Part shown: positions 33,766 through 43,835 of the stretch, in pieces | Numbering within the stretch: position 1 is the first letter of the stretch | Layout of the letters: every line of letters begins with the position of its first letter | Origin: Chloroflexota bacterium | GTDB taxonomy: Bacteria > Chloroflexota > Limnocylindria > Limnocylindrales > CSP1-4 | DNA: 64,000 nucleotides | Direction: 5' to 3' | Assembly: GCA_021785175.1 (NCBI GenBank) | Contig: JAJYGH010000081.1 | Location: 40,245-104,244 of the forward strand | Notes under the pieces: generated by a model | What the model was told of the DNA's origin: nothing | The model's input: the letters and a program-made list of their open reading frames with translations, nothing else | Database searches by the model: none | Program-made: the position numbers and the translations under genes

Positions 33766-35304
33766 ATGTCGCGGCTCCGCGCGGTGGCCCCGCTGCTCCC
33801 GGCCGCCGTCCTCGCCATTCTCGCCCTCGCAGTCGCCGTTGCCGGATCTGCCCCGGGGGCCGCTGCCGTCCTCGCATTCGCGACGGTCGGATCGCTCGTC
33901 GGCACGGCCGCGACCGCCGTGTCCGCCCGTGCCGACGCGGTCGCCCTGCGCCGGCGCCTCGCTGCGCTCGCCGACGGGTCGGCGACGCCGGAGCTCGCCA
34001 GTCCGTGGTACGGGCCGCTCGCCCCGGTCGCGCGCGGCCTCGTCGACGCGGCCGCCGCGTTCCACGCCGCGCAGGAGGCCGCAACGGTGGACCGCCTCAC
34101 GCACGTGCTCAACCGGCCGGCGATGATCGAGCGCTTGTTCGAGGAGGTCGATCGGGCCACTCGCTACGGGCGGCCGCTTTCGCTGGCCTTCGTGGATCTG
34201 GATCACTTCAAGACGGTCAATGACACGCACGGCCACGCCGTGGGCGACGTGGTCCTCCGGGGCGTGGCCGCGGTGTTCCTCGAGAACCTGCGCGACATCG
34301 ACGTCGTCGGGAGGTACGGCGGCGAGGAGTTCGTGATCGTGCTGCCGGAGACGCCGATCGGCGAGGCGATGGCGGTCGTCGAGAAGCTCCGGCTGCTGAT
34401 GCTCAAGCAGCGGTTCCGCGCGGGGGATGGGACGGAGCTCACGGTCTCGATCTCGATCGGGCTCGCGGGCGGCCATGGCACGCGGCTGCGGGCCGAGGAC
34501 CTGATCCGTGACGCGGACGCCGCGATGTACTCGGCGAAGGCTCTCGGCCGCAACCAGGTCTACGTGTTCAGCGAGCCCGATGACGACGCGCGGATCCCTC
34601 GCGCCCCGATCTCCCCGGCGGGACGGGCCAAGGCGGCCGAGGTCGGGATCACGGCGCGCCAGGCGGCGGAAGCCGCGCTGTCCGCGGCGGTCTCGCCGCT
34701 GCCGCACTACCGCGGCAAACCGTCGTCGCTGATCGCGGCGATCGCGGTGCGTCTGGCCCGTGAGCTCGGCCTTCCCGAGCAGGAGGTCGAGCGTGTCCGC
34801 GTCGCCTCGCTCCTGCACGACATCGGGAAGGTCGCAGTGCCGGAGCAGATCCTGGAGAAGCCGGGGCCGCTGACCACGGACGAGTGGCAGAGCGTGGTGC
34901 AGCATCCGCGGATCGGTCAGGCGATCATCGACCAGGTCGGCGCCGTCCGCGACGCCGGCGCGATCATCCTCCACCACCACGAGCGCTTCTCGGGCCACGG
35001 CTACCCCTACGGTCTCCGAGGTTCGGACATCCCGCTCGGTGCCCGGATCGTCGCGATCGCCGACGCGTACGACGCGATGATCAACGACCGTCCGTACCGG
35101 CGCGGCGTCGGCCACGAATCGGCGGTCGCCGAGCTGCGGCGCCATGCGGAGATCCAGTTCGACCCGAAGCTCGTCGACCTGTTCTGCGATATCTACGGCA
35201 GGGAGGCGCCCGTGCCCGACCCGTCGCTGCTGATCGCCCCGTCGCCCCAGGGGCGTGGCGCGGCGCAGATCTCGCGGGCATCCCGCCGCGCGGCGTCGGC
35301 GTAG
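33766..35304 (+). CDS. Membrane-anchored diguanylate cyclase / HD-GYP domain protein
   Basis: 2 TMs; DLDHFKTVND, RDID I-site, RYGGEEF; LLHDIGK, HHHERFSGHGYP, ADAYDAM..RPYR. Confidence 0.93.
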   Translation: MSRLRAVAPLLPAAVLAILALAVAVAGSAPGAAAVLAFATVGSLVGTAATAVSARADAVALRRRLAALADGSATPELASPWYGPLAPVARGLVDAAAAFHAAQEAATVDRLTHVLNRPAMIERLFEEVDRATRYGRPLSLAFVDLDHFKTVNDTHGHAVGDVVLRGVAAVFLENLRDIDVVGRYGGEEFVIVLPETPIGEAMAVVEKLRLLMLKQRFRAGDGTELTVSISIGLAGGHGTRLRAEDLIRDADAAMYSAKALGRNQVYVFSEPDDDARIPRAPISPAGRAKAAEVGITARQAAEAALSAAVSPLPHYRGKPSSLIAAIAVRLARELGLPEQEVERVRVASLLHDIGKVAVPEQILEKPGPLTTDEWQSVVQHPRIGQAIIDQVGAVRDAGAIILHHHERFSGHGYPYGLRGSDIPLGARIVAIADAYDAMINDRPYRRGVGHESAVAELRRHAEIQFDPKLVDLFCDIYGREAPVPDPSLLIAPSPQGRGAAQISRASRRAASA

Positions 35305-35364
35305 GAGCGGCAAGGTGAGCGACGGGATGCGCCGGATGAGCCGAGGCGGCTCGGGAGCGGCCGC

Positions 35365-36132
35365 GTGAGCGCGCGCAACATGGCGCCGGTGTGCCCGGAG
35401 GCCGGGGCGACGACGAACCCGGCTGTGCCGGGTTCTCCGGTGGGGGAGAGCGCCGGTCGGGATCGAACGCGCCTCTGGCAGCGACTGCGGCGCGCGCTCG
35501 GCATCGGCGTGGACGCGGCCGCGAGCCCAGCCGGCGAGCTGCTTCCACCACCACCGCCCGGGCCGGAGATCGAGTTCGTCGGATACGCCGAGGATTGCCG
35601 CGTGTTCGGACACCTGGTGCTGGACGGCGATCGGTTGACCGACGTGCTCAACGAGCGCGAGGAGTACGAGCTGTCGGACGTGCTGGCCGTGGCGCTCGCC
35701 GACGGGCGCGGGATCGAGGTCGGGTCGATGACCGTCCGGCGCGACGAGCTGCTGGCGGTTCGGGCGTCTGGGCCGCGGGGCAATGCCGGCCGGCGTTCGC
35801 GCATGCGTCCGTTCCCTGTCACGCTGCAGACCGGGCCGTACACGGTGCACGGCTACGTCCACGCGCTGCCCGGCACCGATCCGCTGCTCCACGTGCGCCG
35901 CCGCAAGCCGATGGTGCCGTTGACCGAGGCGTGGATCGAGTACGCCGCCGGGAGTGAAAGCCAGCGCGCGCGGCTGGGAGCGCTGATCGTCAATCGCGAG
36001 CTCCTCGACTGGATCGCACTGTCGGACGACGAGGAGGTCCGGCTGCCCGACCTGCCGGCGGAACACAAGCCGGGTCCGCTCGTGAAGGACTTCACGGGAT
36101 ACATCCGGCTCGGCAGCGATTTCGGGCTCTGA
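35365..36132 (+). CDS. Hypothetical protein with two tandem copies of a DUF6812-like domain
   Basis: Internal duplication (V.GHL...RLTDVLN...V.RDELLAV and V.GYVH...PLTEA.I...LIVNRELLDWI). Start uncertain. Confidence 0.7.
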   Translation: MSARNMAPVCPEAGATTNPAVPGSPVGESAGRDRTRLWQRLRRALGIGVDAAASPAGELLPPPPPGPEIEFVGYAEDCRVFGHLVLDGDRLTDVLNEREEYELSDVLAVALADGRGIEVGSMTVRRDELLAVRASGPRGNAGRRSRMRPFPVTLQTGPYTVHGYVHALPGTDPLLHVRRRKPMVPLTEAWIEYAAGSESQRARLGALIVNRELLDWIALSDDEEVRLPDLPAEHKPGPLVKDFTGYIRLGSDFGL

Positions 36133-36248
36133 ACGGACCAGGGGACTGACCGGACGCGTTCGGCACTGGTGATGGCCCAGGCCCACGGTGCCCCGATGGC
36201 CACGCTGAGGGCGCGACCGGCCGGGTCATGCTGGCGGCCCGCGACCGA

Positions 36249-36578
36249 TCAGGCCAGGCCGAGGGCGCGCGCGACCGCGACCAGCACGACACCGATGAGG
36301 AGGCCGGCGAACAGGTTGCGCCGCCAGGCGACGAGCGCGACCGAGACGGCGACAGCTACCCACTCGATCCCCACATGAAACGCGGGCCGGCCCCCGGCCG
36401 TCGCGATCATGACGTTCGCGGCCGCGAGCGCGGACAGCACCGCGGGCCCGACCAGCCTGAGGTAGAGCCGCACCACGCCGGGAAGTCGCTCGACCCCGGG
36501 CGACAGGAGTGGGATCGAGCGGGACGGGTACGTGGCGACGGCCATGAGCACGGCGAGCCCGACGAGCGACAGGCTCAC
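36249..36578 (-). CDS. azlD: AzlD family branched-chain amino acid exporter small subunit
   Basis: ATYPSRSIP, VGPAVLSAL; GTGA overlap with azlC. Confidence 0.85.
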   Translation of the reverse strand: MSLSLVGLAVLMAVATYPSRSIPLLSPGVERLPGVVRLYLRLVGPAVLSALAAANVMIATAGGRPAFHVGIEWVAVAVSVALVAWRRNLFAGLLIGVVLVAVARALGLA

Positions 36579-37408
36579 GGGAGGCCGGCCTCGTCGGGAG
36601 GCACGGCGGCCTCCCGTGCGTCGCGGAGCAGGTCGTCGGGCGAGGCCGCAGCGCGCGATTCCGGCTCGCCGCGCGGCAGGAACAGCGCGATCGCAATGAC
36701 CGGGCCGATCAGGCCGCCGGCGACGACCGCGACGGCGGTCCCCAGCGCCAGGCCCAGGGCGACGGCGACGCACGCCCCGGCGACGGCGGCGACCAGCTCC
36801 CGCCGGCCGACGAGGAGCCCGACGGCGAGTCCGGCCATCGCGGCCGGGAAGACGGCATCAAGCCCGAAGCGCGTGGGGTCGGCGATCTGTCCGCCCACGA
36901 TCGCTCCGACGGCCGTCATGACGTTCCACGGAATCCACGTCGACGCGAGGGCGCCGATCCAGTACCCGCGTTCGTCTGTGGACCCGATCCGCTGGAAGTG
37001 CGCGATCCCGAGAGCGAACGACTCGTCGGTCAGGACGTAGGCGGCGGCAGCGCGGCGACCGCGCGGGAGGTCGCGGAACCAGGGCGCGAGCGCGGCCGAG
37101 TAGATGAGGTGGCGGGCGTTCAGCAGGGCCGTGAGCAGCATGATCGCGGGCCACGCGAGGCCGCCCGCCGCGAGGCCGACCGCGGCGAATTGCGACGCCC
37201 CCGCGAAGACAAGGACACTCATCGCGATCGCTTCGGCCGGGCTGAACCCGGCGTGCCGTGCCGCGAGCCCGTACACCAGCCCGAACCCGCCGGACGAGAG
37301 CGCGATTCCCGCCGACTCGGCGAGCAGGCGCCGCCTCGAGACACGGAGATCGTCGTGCCCGTCCACCGGGTCCCGCCCCGCGCCTCCCGTGCCGCCGTCG
37401 CGCTCCAT
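36575..37408 (-). CDS. azlC: AzlC family branched-chain amino acid exporter
   Basis: MSVLVFAGASQF, LNARHLIYS, LTDESFA, FGLDAVFPA. Confidence 0.92.
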   Translation of the reverse strand: MERDGGTGGAGRDPVDGHDDLRVSRRRLLAESAGIALSSGGFGLVYGLAARHAGFSPAEAIAMSVLVFAGASQFAAVGLAAGGLAWPAIMLLTALLNARHLIYSAALAPWFRDLPRGRRAAAAYVLTDESFALGIAHFQRIGSTDERGYWIGALASTWIPWNVMTAVGAIVGGQIADPTRFGLDAVFPAAMAGLAVGLLVGRRELVAAVAGACVAVALGLALGTAVAVVAGGLIGPVIAIALFLPRGEPESRAAASPDDLLRDAREAAVPPDEAGLP

Positions 37409-37629
37409 CCCCGGCGAACTGTATCCGGCTCCGCCGGCCTGCATGCGGACGCCGCCGGGGTGCGTTCAGGGCGAGGCAGGACGATCGGACGGGCTCGACG
37501 TGCCGGGCGACTCTGGACCACGCGCGACACCGGCAGGAGGATCGTCGGGATCGCGAGCAAGTGCGGCCCGGCGGGCCCGCTGCGCGATCGCGGAGGCGCG
37601 GGATGGTGCTGCATCGGCGCGGGGCGGCC

Positions 37630-38217
37630 GTGGAGGCGGCCCTCGAGGACCCGACGGCGCTTCGAGTGGACGACTTCCAGGTCCTGCTGCGGCTGGCGCG
37701 CGATGCCGTCGAGGCATCCGTGCGCGGTCACCGTCCGCTCCGGCCGGATCCCGACCAGCTGCCAGCTGCGGTCCTGCGTCCTGCGGCGGCGTTCGTCACG
37801 CTCCACGAACGCGGGGAACTGCGCGGCTGCATGGGGCATCTCGACTGGGAACGAGCGGCGTGGGAGAACGTGATCGCGGCCGGCACGGTCGTGCCGCGAG
37901 AGGACCCGCGTTTCATGCCGGTCGCACCGGCGGAGCTGTCGGAGATCCGGCTCGAGGTTTCGGTGCTCGCGCCGCCGGTCGAGCTCCCGTCACCCTCCGA
38001 GTTCGACGCGGGAAGTGCCGGGATCATCGTCGAGCGCGGCGGGCGGCGTGCGCTGCTGCTGCCGCAGGTTGCGGAGGAGTTCGGCTGGGACTCGGCGACG
38101 ACGCTCGAAGCCGTCTGCGAGAAGGCCGGGCTTCCGGGGGGCGCGTGGCACTGGCCGGGAACGCGGCTGCACGCGTTCCGCGCGGTGCGCGCGTCGGAGC
38201 CGGGGTTCGAAGGCTGA
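37630..38217 (+). CDS. amrA: AMMECR1-domain protein (AmmeMemoRadiSam protein A)
   Basis: AAFVTL..GELRGCMG, EDPRF, EVSVL, LLLPQV, CEKAGL. Confidence 0.9.
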   Translation: MEAALEDPTALRVDDFQVLLRLARDAVEASVRGHRPLRPDPDQLPAAVLRPAAAFVTLHERGELRGCMGHLDWERAAWENVIAAGTVVPREDPRFMPVAPAELSEIRLEVSVLAPPVELPSPSEFDAGSAGIIVERGGRRALLLPQVAEEFGWDSATTLEAVCEKAGLPGGAWHWPGTRLHAFRAVRASEPGFEG

Positions 38218-38528
38218 CGCGCCGCGCAGCTGGCCGGGTCGCGTGTGGGGGTCGAGGCGGCCGCGGCGCGACGGGTGCCCCGTCGGCACGGACTCGATGC
38301 GGCGCGTACCGGAACGCGCGGCGACCACGATCTCGTGGACGAACTCCGCCGGGCGGACGTGCGACCGGGGGCGTCGGCCTGAGGCGCAGCGGGCCGGGAC
38401 GAAGACGCGCCGCCGCAGCAGGCCCCCGCGATGAAAGGCGGTCGATAACGGCACCTGCACGTGCACCGGCCGCCGCCGCAGGCCTCCGCGCCGATGCTCC
38501 GGACGACGCACGAACGAAGGAGAACCTC

Positions 38529-38831
38529 ATGGCCGAATGCGACCCGAAGGCGGCGCACAACGACCCGAACCAGGAGCACGCCGGCCATGACGCCGCGGGC
38601 CGGCTCGTGAAGCAGACGCCTGGGCTCGACCCGGAGGTGACCCGCGCGACGGCCGGTCCCGACTGGCCTCCGCACATCCGGGGCGACTTCAGCGACGACG
38701 ACGTCGAGCGTGACGCGTTTGCCCCGCTTCGGCCGGCTTACCGGGACAGGTCCGGCATCAGTCCCACGTACCGGATCCCCTCGCGCGGGTCCGCCATCCA
38801 CGGCGCGACCCTGTCGCGCCACGTCAGGTAG
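38529..38831 (+). CDS. Small hypothetical protein
   Basis: Strong AAGGAG RBS before the ATG, but the 3' end overlaps the convergent gene by about 94 nt. Confidence 0.4.
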   Translation: MAECDPKAAHNDPNQEHAGHDAAGRLVKQTPGLDPEVTRATAGPDWPPHIRGDFSDDDVERDAFAPLRPAYRDRSGISPTYRIPSRGSAIHGATLSRHVR

Positions 38832-39040
38832 TGCGGCGTTTCCCGGTGCGCTCTGGCCGCATCGGCGTCCACGTACGCCTCGTAGAACACGAAGCGCGTC
38901 GGGTCGTCCGCCGACTGCAGGATGTCGAAGCGCAGGTTCCCGGTCTCGCGGACCGACGCCTCGTGGTTCGCGCGCGTCGCAGCGATGAACTCGTCGAGGT
39001 GCTCGGCGCGGACGTGAACGTAGACGAGCGTGACGTGCAT
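38738..39040 (-). CDS. Antibiotic biosynthesis monooxygenase family protein (LsrG-like)
   Basis: EASVRETGNLRFDILQ..DPTRFVFYEAY...AHRETPHYLTWR; AGGAGG RBS. Confidence 0.9.
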   Translation of the reverse strand: MHVTLVYVHVRAEHLDEFIAATRANHEASVRETGNLRFDILQSADDPTRFVFYEAYVDADAARAHRETPHYLTWRDRVAPWMADPREGIRYVGLMPDLSR

Positions 39041-39113
39041 CGTGTTCCTCCTTTCGGCTCGTCGCGTGTCCGGCAGCGAGCCGCGGCGCGTGCCGGCATG
39101 CCTCCGCCGATGT

Positions 39114-39476
39114 CTACTCCGCGGGCAGGTCGCGCTCCTCGAGCGGGACGTCCCAGTGCGCGTCGATCAGCTCGAATCGCCGCCGCTCCTCCGCGCGGAA
39201 CGTCTCCTGGTCCGGGTAGAGGCGCTGCGCGATCGACGTCTCGGAGTGCTCCTCCATCGCCGTCCAGTCGCGGTACGTGATCGTCACCATCAGGTCCCAG
39301 TCGGCACGGCCGTCGCCATGAAACCGCGGCTGGTACATCCGCACGTCGAGCAGACGGCCGCTCCTGACCTGCTCCCGAAGGATCGGCCAGTGGTTCCGCA
39401 GGAACAGTTCGACCCACTCGTCATGGTGGCCCCACCGCACCCGATAGAAGTAGGCGGCCGTGATCCCCTGTGCCAT
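39114..39476 (-). CDS. Hypothetical protein (NIPSNAP/dimeric alpha-beta barrel-like)
   Basis: YRVRWGHHDEW.ELF.RNHWP, WDLMVTITY, AHWDVP; coding-like. Confidence 0.75.
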   Translation of the reverse strand: MAQGITAAYFYRVRWGHHDEWVELFLRNHWPILREQVRSGRLLDVRMYQPRFHGDGRADWDLMVTITYRDWTAMEEHSETSIAQRLYPDQETFRAEERRRFELIDAHWDVPLEERDLPAE

Positions 39477-39626
39477 GCGCTGACCCCCGTCATCCTGCTG
39501 CTCACACGGCCGGTCGATCCGGACGCGGCCTGGACCGCTGAACGACCCGTTCGCGGCCCGCCGAACCTACCACGGTTCGGATCCGCGGCAGCCGGGCCCG
39601 GGCTCCAGTGGCGCGTGAGTTCTGCG

Positions 39627-40598
39627 CTACTGCGACCACTCCATCGGCCTGCGGTCCCAGCGGTGTCCCCGCAGGCGTTGGATCAGGTCCGGCGACAGCG
39701 GCCCGCGCTCGGCTGCCATGGCGTTCCGGGCGACCCGCTCCGGGCTCCGCATCCCCGGGATGACCGTCGACACGTCCTCGTTCGACAGGATGAAGCGGAG
39801 CGCCATCTCGGCCATGGACATCCCGGCCGGCACCAGCGGGCGCAGCGCCTCGGCGTGCTCGACGCTCTCGCGCAGGTTCTCGGGCACGAAGTACGTGTTC
39901 CGCCAGTCGCCCTCGGGCCAGTGGGAATCGAGCGTCAGCGCCCCGGTGAGCGTGCCCTCGTCGAACGGCACGCGTGCGATCACCGCGACGTCGAGCTCGC
40001 GGCACGTCCGGAACAGCTCGTCCTCGGGCGCCTGGTCGAAGACGTTGTAGATGACCTGGACGGCGTCGATGAGCCCGGTCCGGAGGGTGCGCAGTCCGTT
40101 CCACGGCTCCCAGCGGTTCATGCTGATCCCGAGCGCGTGCACCAGTCCCTCGTGCCGCAGGTCGTCGACCGCCCGCTGCCATCGCTCGTCGGCCGCCCAG
40201 TCGTCCTCCCAGACGTGGAACTGCAGCAGGTCGATCGTCTCGACGCCGAGGTTCGCCAGGCTTCGCTCGGCATACTCGCGGATGTACTCCGGCGGGAACG
40301 CGTCCTCGAGCGGTTCGCCGCGACGAGACGGCCACTGCCGGTTCTTCGGCGGCACCTTCGTGGCCGCATACAGTCGCCGATCCTGGTTCGCGCGCAGGAG
40401 CTCGCCGAGGAGGCGCTCGCTGTGCCCGTCGCCGTACGCCCATGCCGTGTCGAAGAAGTTGACGCCGCGATCGACGGCGGTCTGGAGAGATGCCCGCGAC
40501 CGGTCGTCGTCCGAGCCGGTCCACCCGCCCATGCCCCACATGCCGTAGCCGAGCTCGCCGACTTCCCAGCCGACCCGACCGAACCGACGCTCGCGCAT
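39627..40598 (-). CDS. Aldo/keto reductase
   Basis: GVNFFDTAWAYG, ATKVPP, IDLLQFH, VIPGMR. Confidence 0.94.
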   Translation of the reverse strand: MRERRFGRVGWEVGELGYGMWGMGGWTGSDDDRSRASLQTAVDRGVNFFDTAWAYGDGHSERLLGELLRANQDRRLYAATKVPPKNRQWPSRRGEPLEDAFPPEYIREYAERSLANLGVETIDLLQFHVWEDDWAADERWQRAVDDLRHEGLVHALGISMNRWEPWNGLRTLRTGLIDAVQVIYNVFDQAPEDELFRTCRELDVAVIARVPFDEGTLTGALTLDSHWPEGDWRNTYFVPENLRESVEHAEALRPLVPAGMSMAEMALRFILSNEDVSTVIPGMRSPERVARNAMAAERGPLSPDLIQRLRGHRWDRRPMEWSQ

Positions 40599-40693
40599 TC
40601 CGCTCCCTCCCCGCGCCTCGGGCGCCTCGCGCCCTCCCGATGGTCGGAGTGTGCGCCCGATCAGGACCCGCGTTCACGGCACTGCCCGAGCGG

Positions 40694-42691
40694 TCAGCCT
40701 TTCACGGATCGGATCGCCTCCACCGCCGGAGGGTTTTCGAGGGCGGACAGGTCGCCGGGGTCGGTGCCAAGGTACGCCGCCCGCGCGACCCGTCGCATGA
40801 TCTTGCCGCTGCGCGTCCGCGGCAACTCGGGGACCGCGATGACGGCGGCAGGCCGCAGCGGCCTTCCGAGCTCGGACACGACCCGCTCGGAGATCTCGCG
40901 CGTCACGTTCGCGTCGCCAGCCGCGTCCGGACGGAGCACCACCAGGACCACCACCGACTCGCCCTTCAGCTCGTCGGGCACCCCGATCGCCGCCGCCTCG
41001 ACCACCGCCGGGTGCGCGCAGGCCGCCGTCTCGACCTCGGCCGGCCCCACCCGCTTGCCGGCCACCTTGAGCGTGTCGTCCGATCGACCGAGCAGGTACC
41101 AGTAGCCGTCCCGGTCGATCAGCGCCCAGTCGCCGTGAACCCACGTGCCGGGCAGCCGGCGCCAGTACGTGTCGAGGTAGCGCTCCCCGTCGTCGCCCCA
41201 GAAGCCGCGCGTCATCCCAGGCCACGGCGCGCGCAGCACGAGCTCGCCGACCGACCCACGCACGGGCGCGCCCGAGGCGTCGACGACGTCCGCCGCCATC
41301 CCGATGCAGGGGCCGTTGAACGACGCGGGCCGGATCGGGCGCAGCAGCGTGCAGCCCAGGATCCCGCCGCTGATCTCCGTGCCGCCGGAGTAGTTGACGA
41401 TGGGCAGGCGGCCCCGGCCGACGACGCGGAAGTACCACCACCACGGCTCCGGGTTCCACGGTTCCCCGGTCGAACCCAGCACCCGCAGGCTCGACAGGTC
41501 GTGGGCGCGCACCGGCTCCTCGCCGTGGACGAGCAGCGCGCGGATGAGCGTGGGGCTGACGCCGAGGTGGGTCACGCGATGCCGTCCGGTCAGCGCCCAG
41601 AGCCGGTCCGGGCCGGGCCAGTCGGGCGCCCCCTCGTACAGCACGAGCCTGGCACCGAGCAGCAGGGCCCCGCTGATCGCCCAGGGGCCCATCATCCAGC
41701 CCAGGTCGGTGAACCAGAAGAGCGCATCGCCCGCCCGCAGGTCGAACGTGTGCGCGAGGTCCTCGGCGGCCTTGATCGGGAAGCCCCCGTGCACGTGGAC
41801 GGTCCCCTTCGGGACCCCGGTCGTCCCCGAGGTGTAGATGACCATGTAGGCTGTCTCGGGATCCGTCGCCGGGGTGTCGCGCAGCGGCTCGAGCCCCTCG
41901 GCGGCCAGCTCCTCGTCCCACCACGCGTCGCGTGGCGCATGCCACGGTATCGCGCCCCGCCTCCCGACGAGCCGCCGCACGACCAGCACGCGCTCGACGG
42001 TCGGTGCGGCGTCCAGGGCGGCCTCGGCGACCTCCTTGAGCGGCACGACCTGCCCGCGGCGCAGGAAGCCGTCGGCCACGATCAGGTGCGTGGCGCGGAA
42101 CGCGTCGAGCCGGGTGGCCACCGCCGGCGCGGCGTAGCCGGAGAAGATCGGCGTGAAGACCGCGCGCAGCTTCCCGAGCGCCAGGACCGCGACGACGGTC
42201 TCGGGAAGCATCGGCAGGAGGATCGCCACGCGGGTCCCCTCGCCGACGCCGTTGCGCGCGAGCATCGCCGCCGCACGGTCGACCTCGTCGCGCAGCTCCC
42301 GGCGCGTGAGGCGGCGTACCGCGCCGTCCTCGCCCTCCCAGGCGAGCGCCTCGCCGTCCGGGTCCGTTTCGGCCCACGGATCGACCGACGCCCGGGCGTG
42401 GTTGAACGCGCCCCCGACCCACCAGCGTGCCCACTCGATGCCGTCGCGGACATCGACGGTGTGGCGTGGCCTCCGCTGCCACGCGAGGTCGAGGTCGTCG
42501 ACCGCCGCGTCCCAGAACCAGCCGGGATCGGCGACCGCACGGGCCTGGAGGCGTTCGAGGTCGGGCACGTCGAGCTCGCGCAGGAGGCGCGCGGCGCGGC
42601 TTTCGCGAAGCTGCTCGGGCGAGGGCCGCCAAGCGGCGTCGGGCACGTCGCGACCGAACATCGGGGCGGGGGAGGACGCGGGGCTGGCCAT
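40694..42691 (-). CDS. acs: Acetate--CoA ligase / acyl-CoA synthetase
   Basis: YTSGTTGVPKG, GSTGEPWN, GGTEISG, HGDWA, GRSDD, TRSGKIMRR. Confidence 0.88.
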   Translation of the reverse strand: MASPASSPAPMFGRDVPDAAWRPSPEQLRESRAARLLRELDVPDLERLQARAVADPGWFWDAAVDDLDLAWQRRPRHTVDVRDGIEWARWWVGGAFNHARASVDPWAETDPDGEALAWEGEDGAVRRLTRRELRDEVDRAAAMLARNGVGEGTRVAILLPMLPETVVAVLALGKLRAVFTPIFSGYAAPAVATRLDAFRATHLIVADGFLRRGQVVPLKEVAEAALDAAPTVERVLVVRRLVGRRGAIPWHAPRDAWWDEELAAEGLEPLRDTPATDPETAYMVIYTSGTTGVPKGTVHVHGGFPIKAAEDLAHTFDLRAGDALFWFTDLGWMMGPWAISGALLLGARLVLYEGAPDWPGPDRLWALTGRHRVTHLGVSPTLIRALLVHGEEPVRAHDLSSLRVLGSTGEPWNPEPWWWYFRVVGRGRLPIVNYSGGTEISGGILGCTLLRPIRPASFNGPCIGMAADVVDASGAPVRGSVGELVLRAPWPGMTRGFWGDDGERYLDTYWRRLPGTWVHGDWALIDRDGYWYLLGRSDDTLKVAGKRVGPAEVETAACAHPAVVEAAAIGVPDELKGESVVVLVVLRPDAAGDANVTREISERVVSELGRPLRPAAVIAVPELPRTRSGKIMRRVARAAYLGTDPGDLSALENPPAVEAIRSVKG

Positions 42692-42842
42692 CGATCACCT
42701 CCAGCCGCTGGCTGCCGCGGGTCGCCCGGGCCCGCCGTCTGCGCGTGCACCGCCGTCTGCGTGGGCACCCGAGCCCCGTCGCGGACCGACACTCTAGCGC
42801 CGCCGCGTTGCAGCCGCGACGGACGGCCGTCGTGCCCGGCGA

Positions 42843-43835
42843 TCAGCTCGCGGCCGGGAGCGTCTCCCGCTCGTCGGGCAGGCCGGCGAACGTGGACGCG
42901 CCCCGCGACGTGCCCGCCGCGACCCGCCGTCGCTGCGCATCCACCACGTACCGCGGGTCGCGCGCCGACTGCCGCCCCGCCTCGAAGACCGCGAGCCGCT
43001 CGAGGAGCGCGCCGGCGAGCAGCAGAGAGCCTGCCGCGGTGGCACCGATCCGGCGGCGGCCGGCGAGGGCCATCACCGCTGCGCCCGCGCCCGCCGTGAC
43101 GCGGGACAGCCGGGTGAGGCGGCCCGCGCGTCCCTGGCTGTACGGCTCCCCGAGGAGCCCGAGGCGGTGCTCCATGACGAAGCCGGCCGCGAGCTCGACG
43201 AGCGCGCCGGCGATCGCGAACCGACGCGCGGCGCCGGCGTCCGACGGCGGCGTGATGATCGCGGCGGCGCCTCCGGCCGCCGATGCCGCCCCGCCGATGA
43301 ACACGAACGGGAGCTCGCGCCGCGCCTCGTGCCACGCCGGGATGGCCGTATCGGCGACGAGGGCAGCGGTGTACGTCGCGAACGGGAGCCCGAAGAGCCC
43401 GGATCCCGTCGTGGCGAGGTCGCGGAGGCGCGGCAGGATCCCGAGCAGCTCACAGCCAGCGGCGACGCTGAGCCCGCCGCCCGTTGCATTCAGCAGCCAC
43501 GTGCCGACGTTCATCGGCGAGGTCACCTTGATCACCCGCAGCATCGCCGCGAAGCGCGCCGGCTTGCCGAGGTCGCGGATGAGGAGCGGCGGGCTGGCGA
43601 CGACACCGACCATCCCGGCGAACGTCGCGTTGCGTGCGAGGCGCGCGTTGCCGGTGAGCCGCGCGCCCAGGGCGAGCGCAGCCGACGCGCCCGCGAGCCC
43701 ACCGAAGAAGAAGTAGATGGGGATACCGAGCTCCCAGACGGGCTCCTTGACGATCGGGTGACCGTAATAGGAGTCGGGCGCCGGGTTCGATCCGCGGGAC
43801 CGGCGGTCACGGCCGATCGAGTCGAAGTGGGTCAT
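42843..43835 (-). CDS. NrfD/PsrC family membrane anchor of formate dehydrogenase
   Basis: YYGHPIVKEPVW, YFFFGGLAG, DLGKPARF, TSPMNVG; ATGA-coupled to the Fe-S subunit. Confidence 0.9.
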   Translation of the reverse strand: MTHFDSIGRDRRSRGSNPAPDSYYGHPIVKEPVWELGIPIYFFFGGLAGASAALALGARLTGNARLARNATFAGMVGVVASPPLLIRDLGKPARFAAMLRVIKVTSPMNVGTWLLNATGGGLSVAAGCELLGILPRLRDLATTGSGLFGLPFATYTAALVADTAIPAWHEARRELPFVFIGGAASAAGGAAAIITPPSDAGAARRFAIAGALVELAAGFVMEHRLGLLGEPYSQGRAGRLTRLSRVTAGAGAAVMALAGRRRIGATAAGSLLLAGALLERLAVFEAGRQSARDPRYVVDAQRRRVAAGTSRGASTFAGLPDERETLPAAS

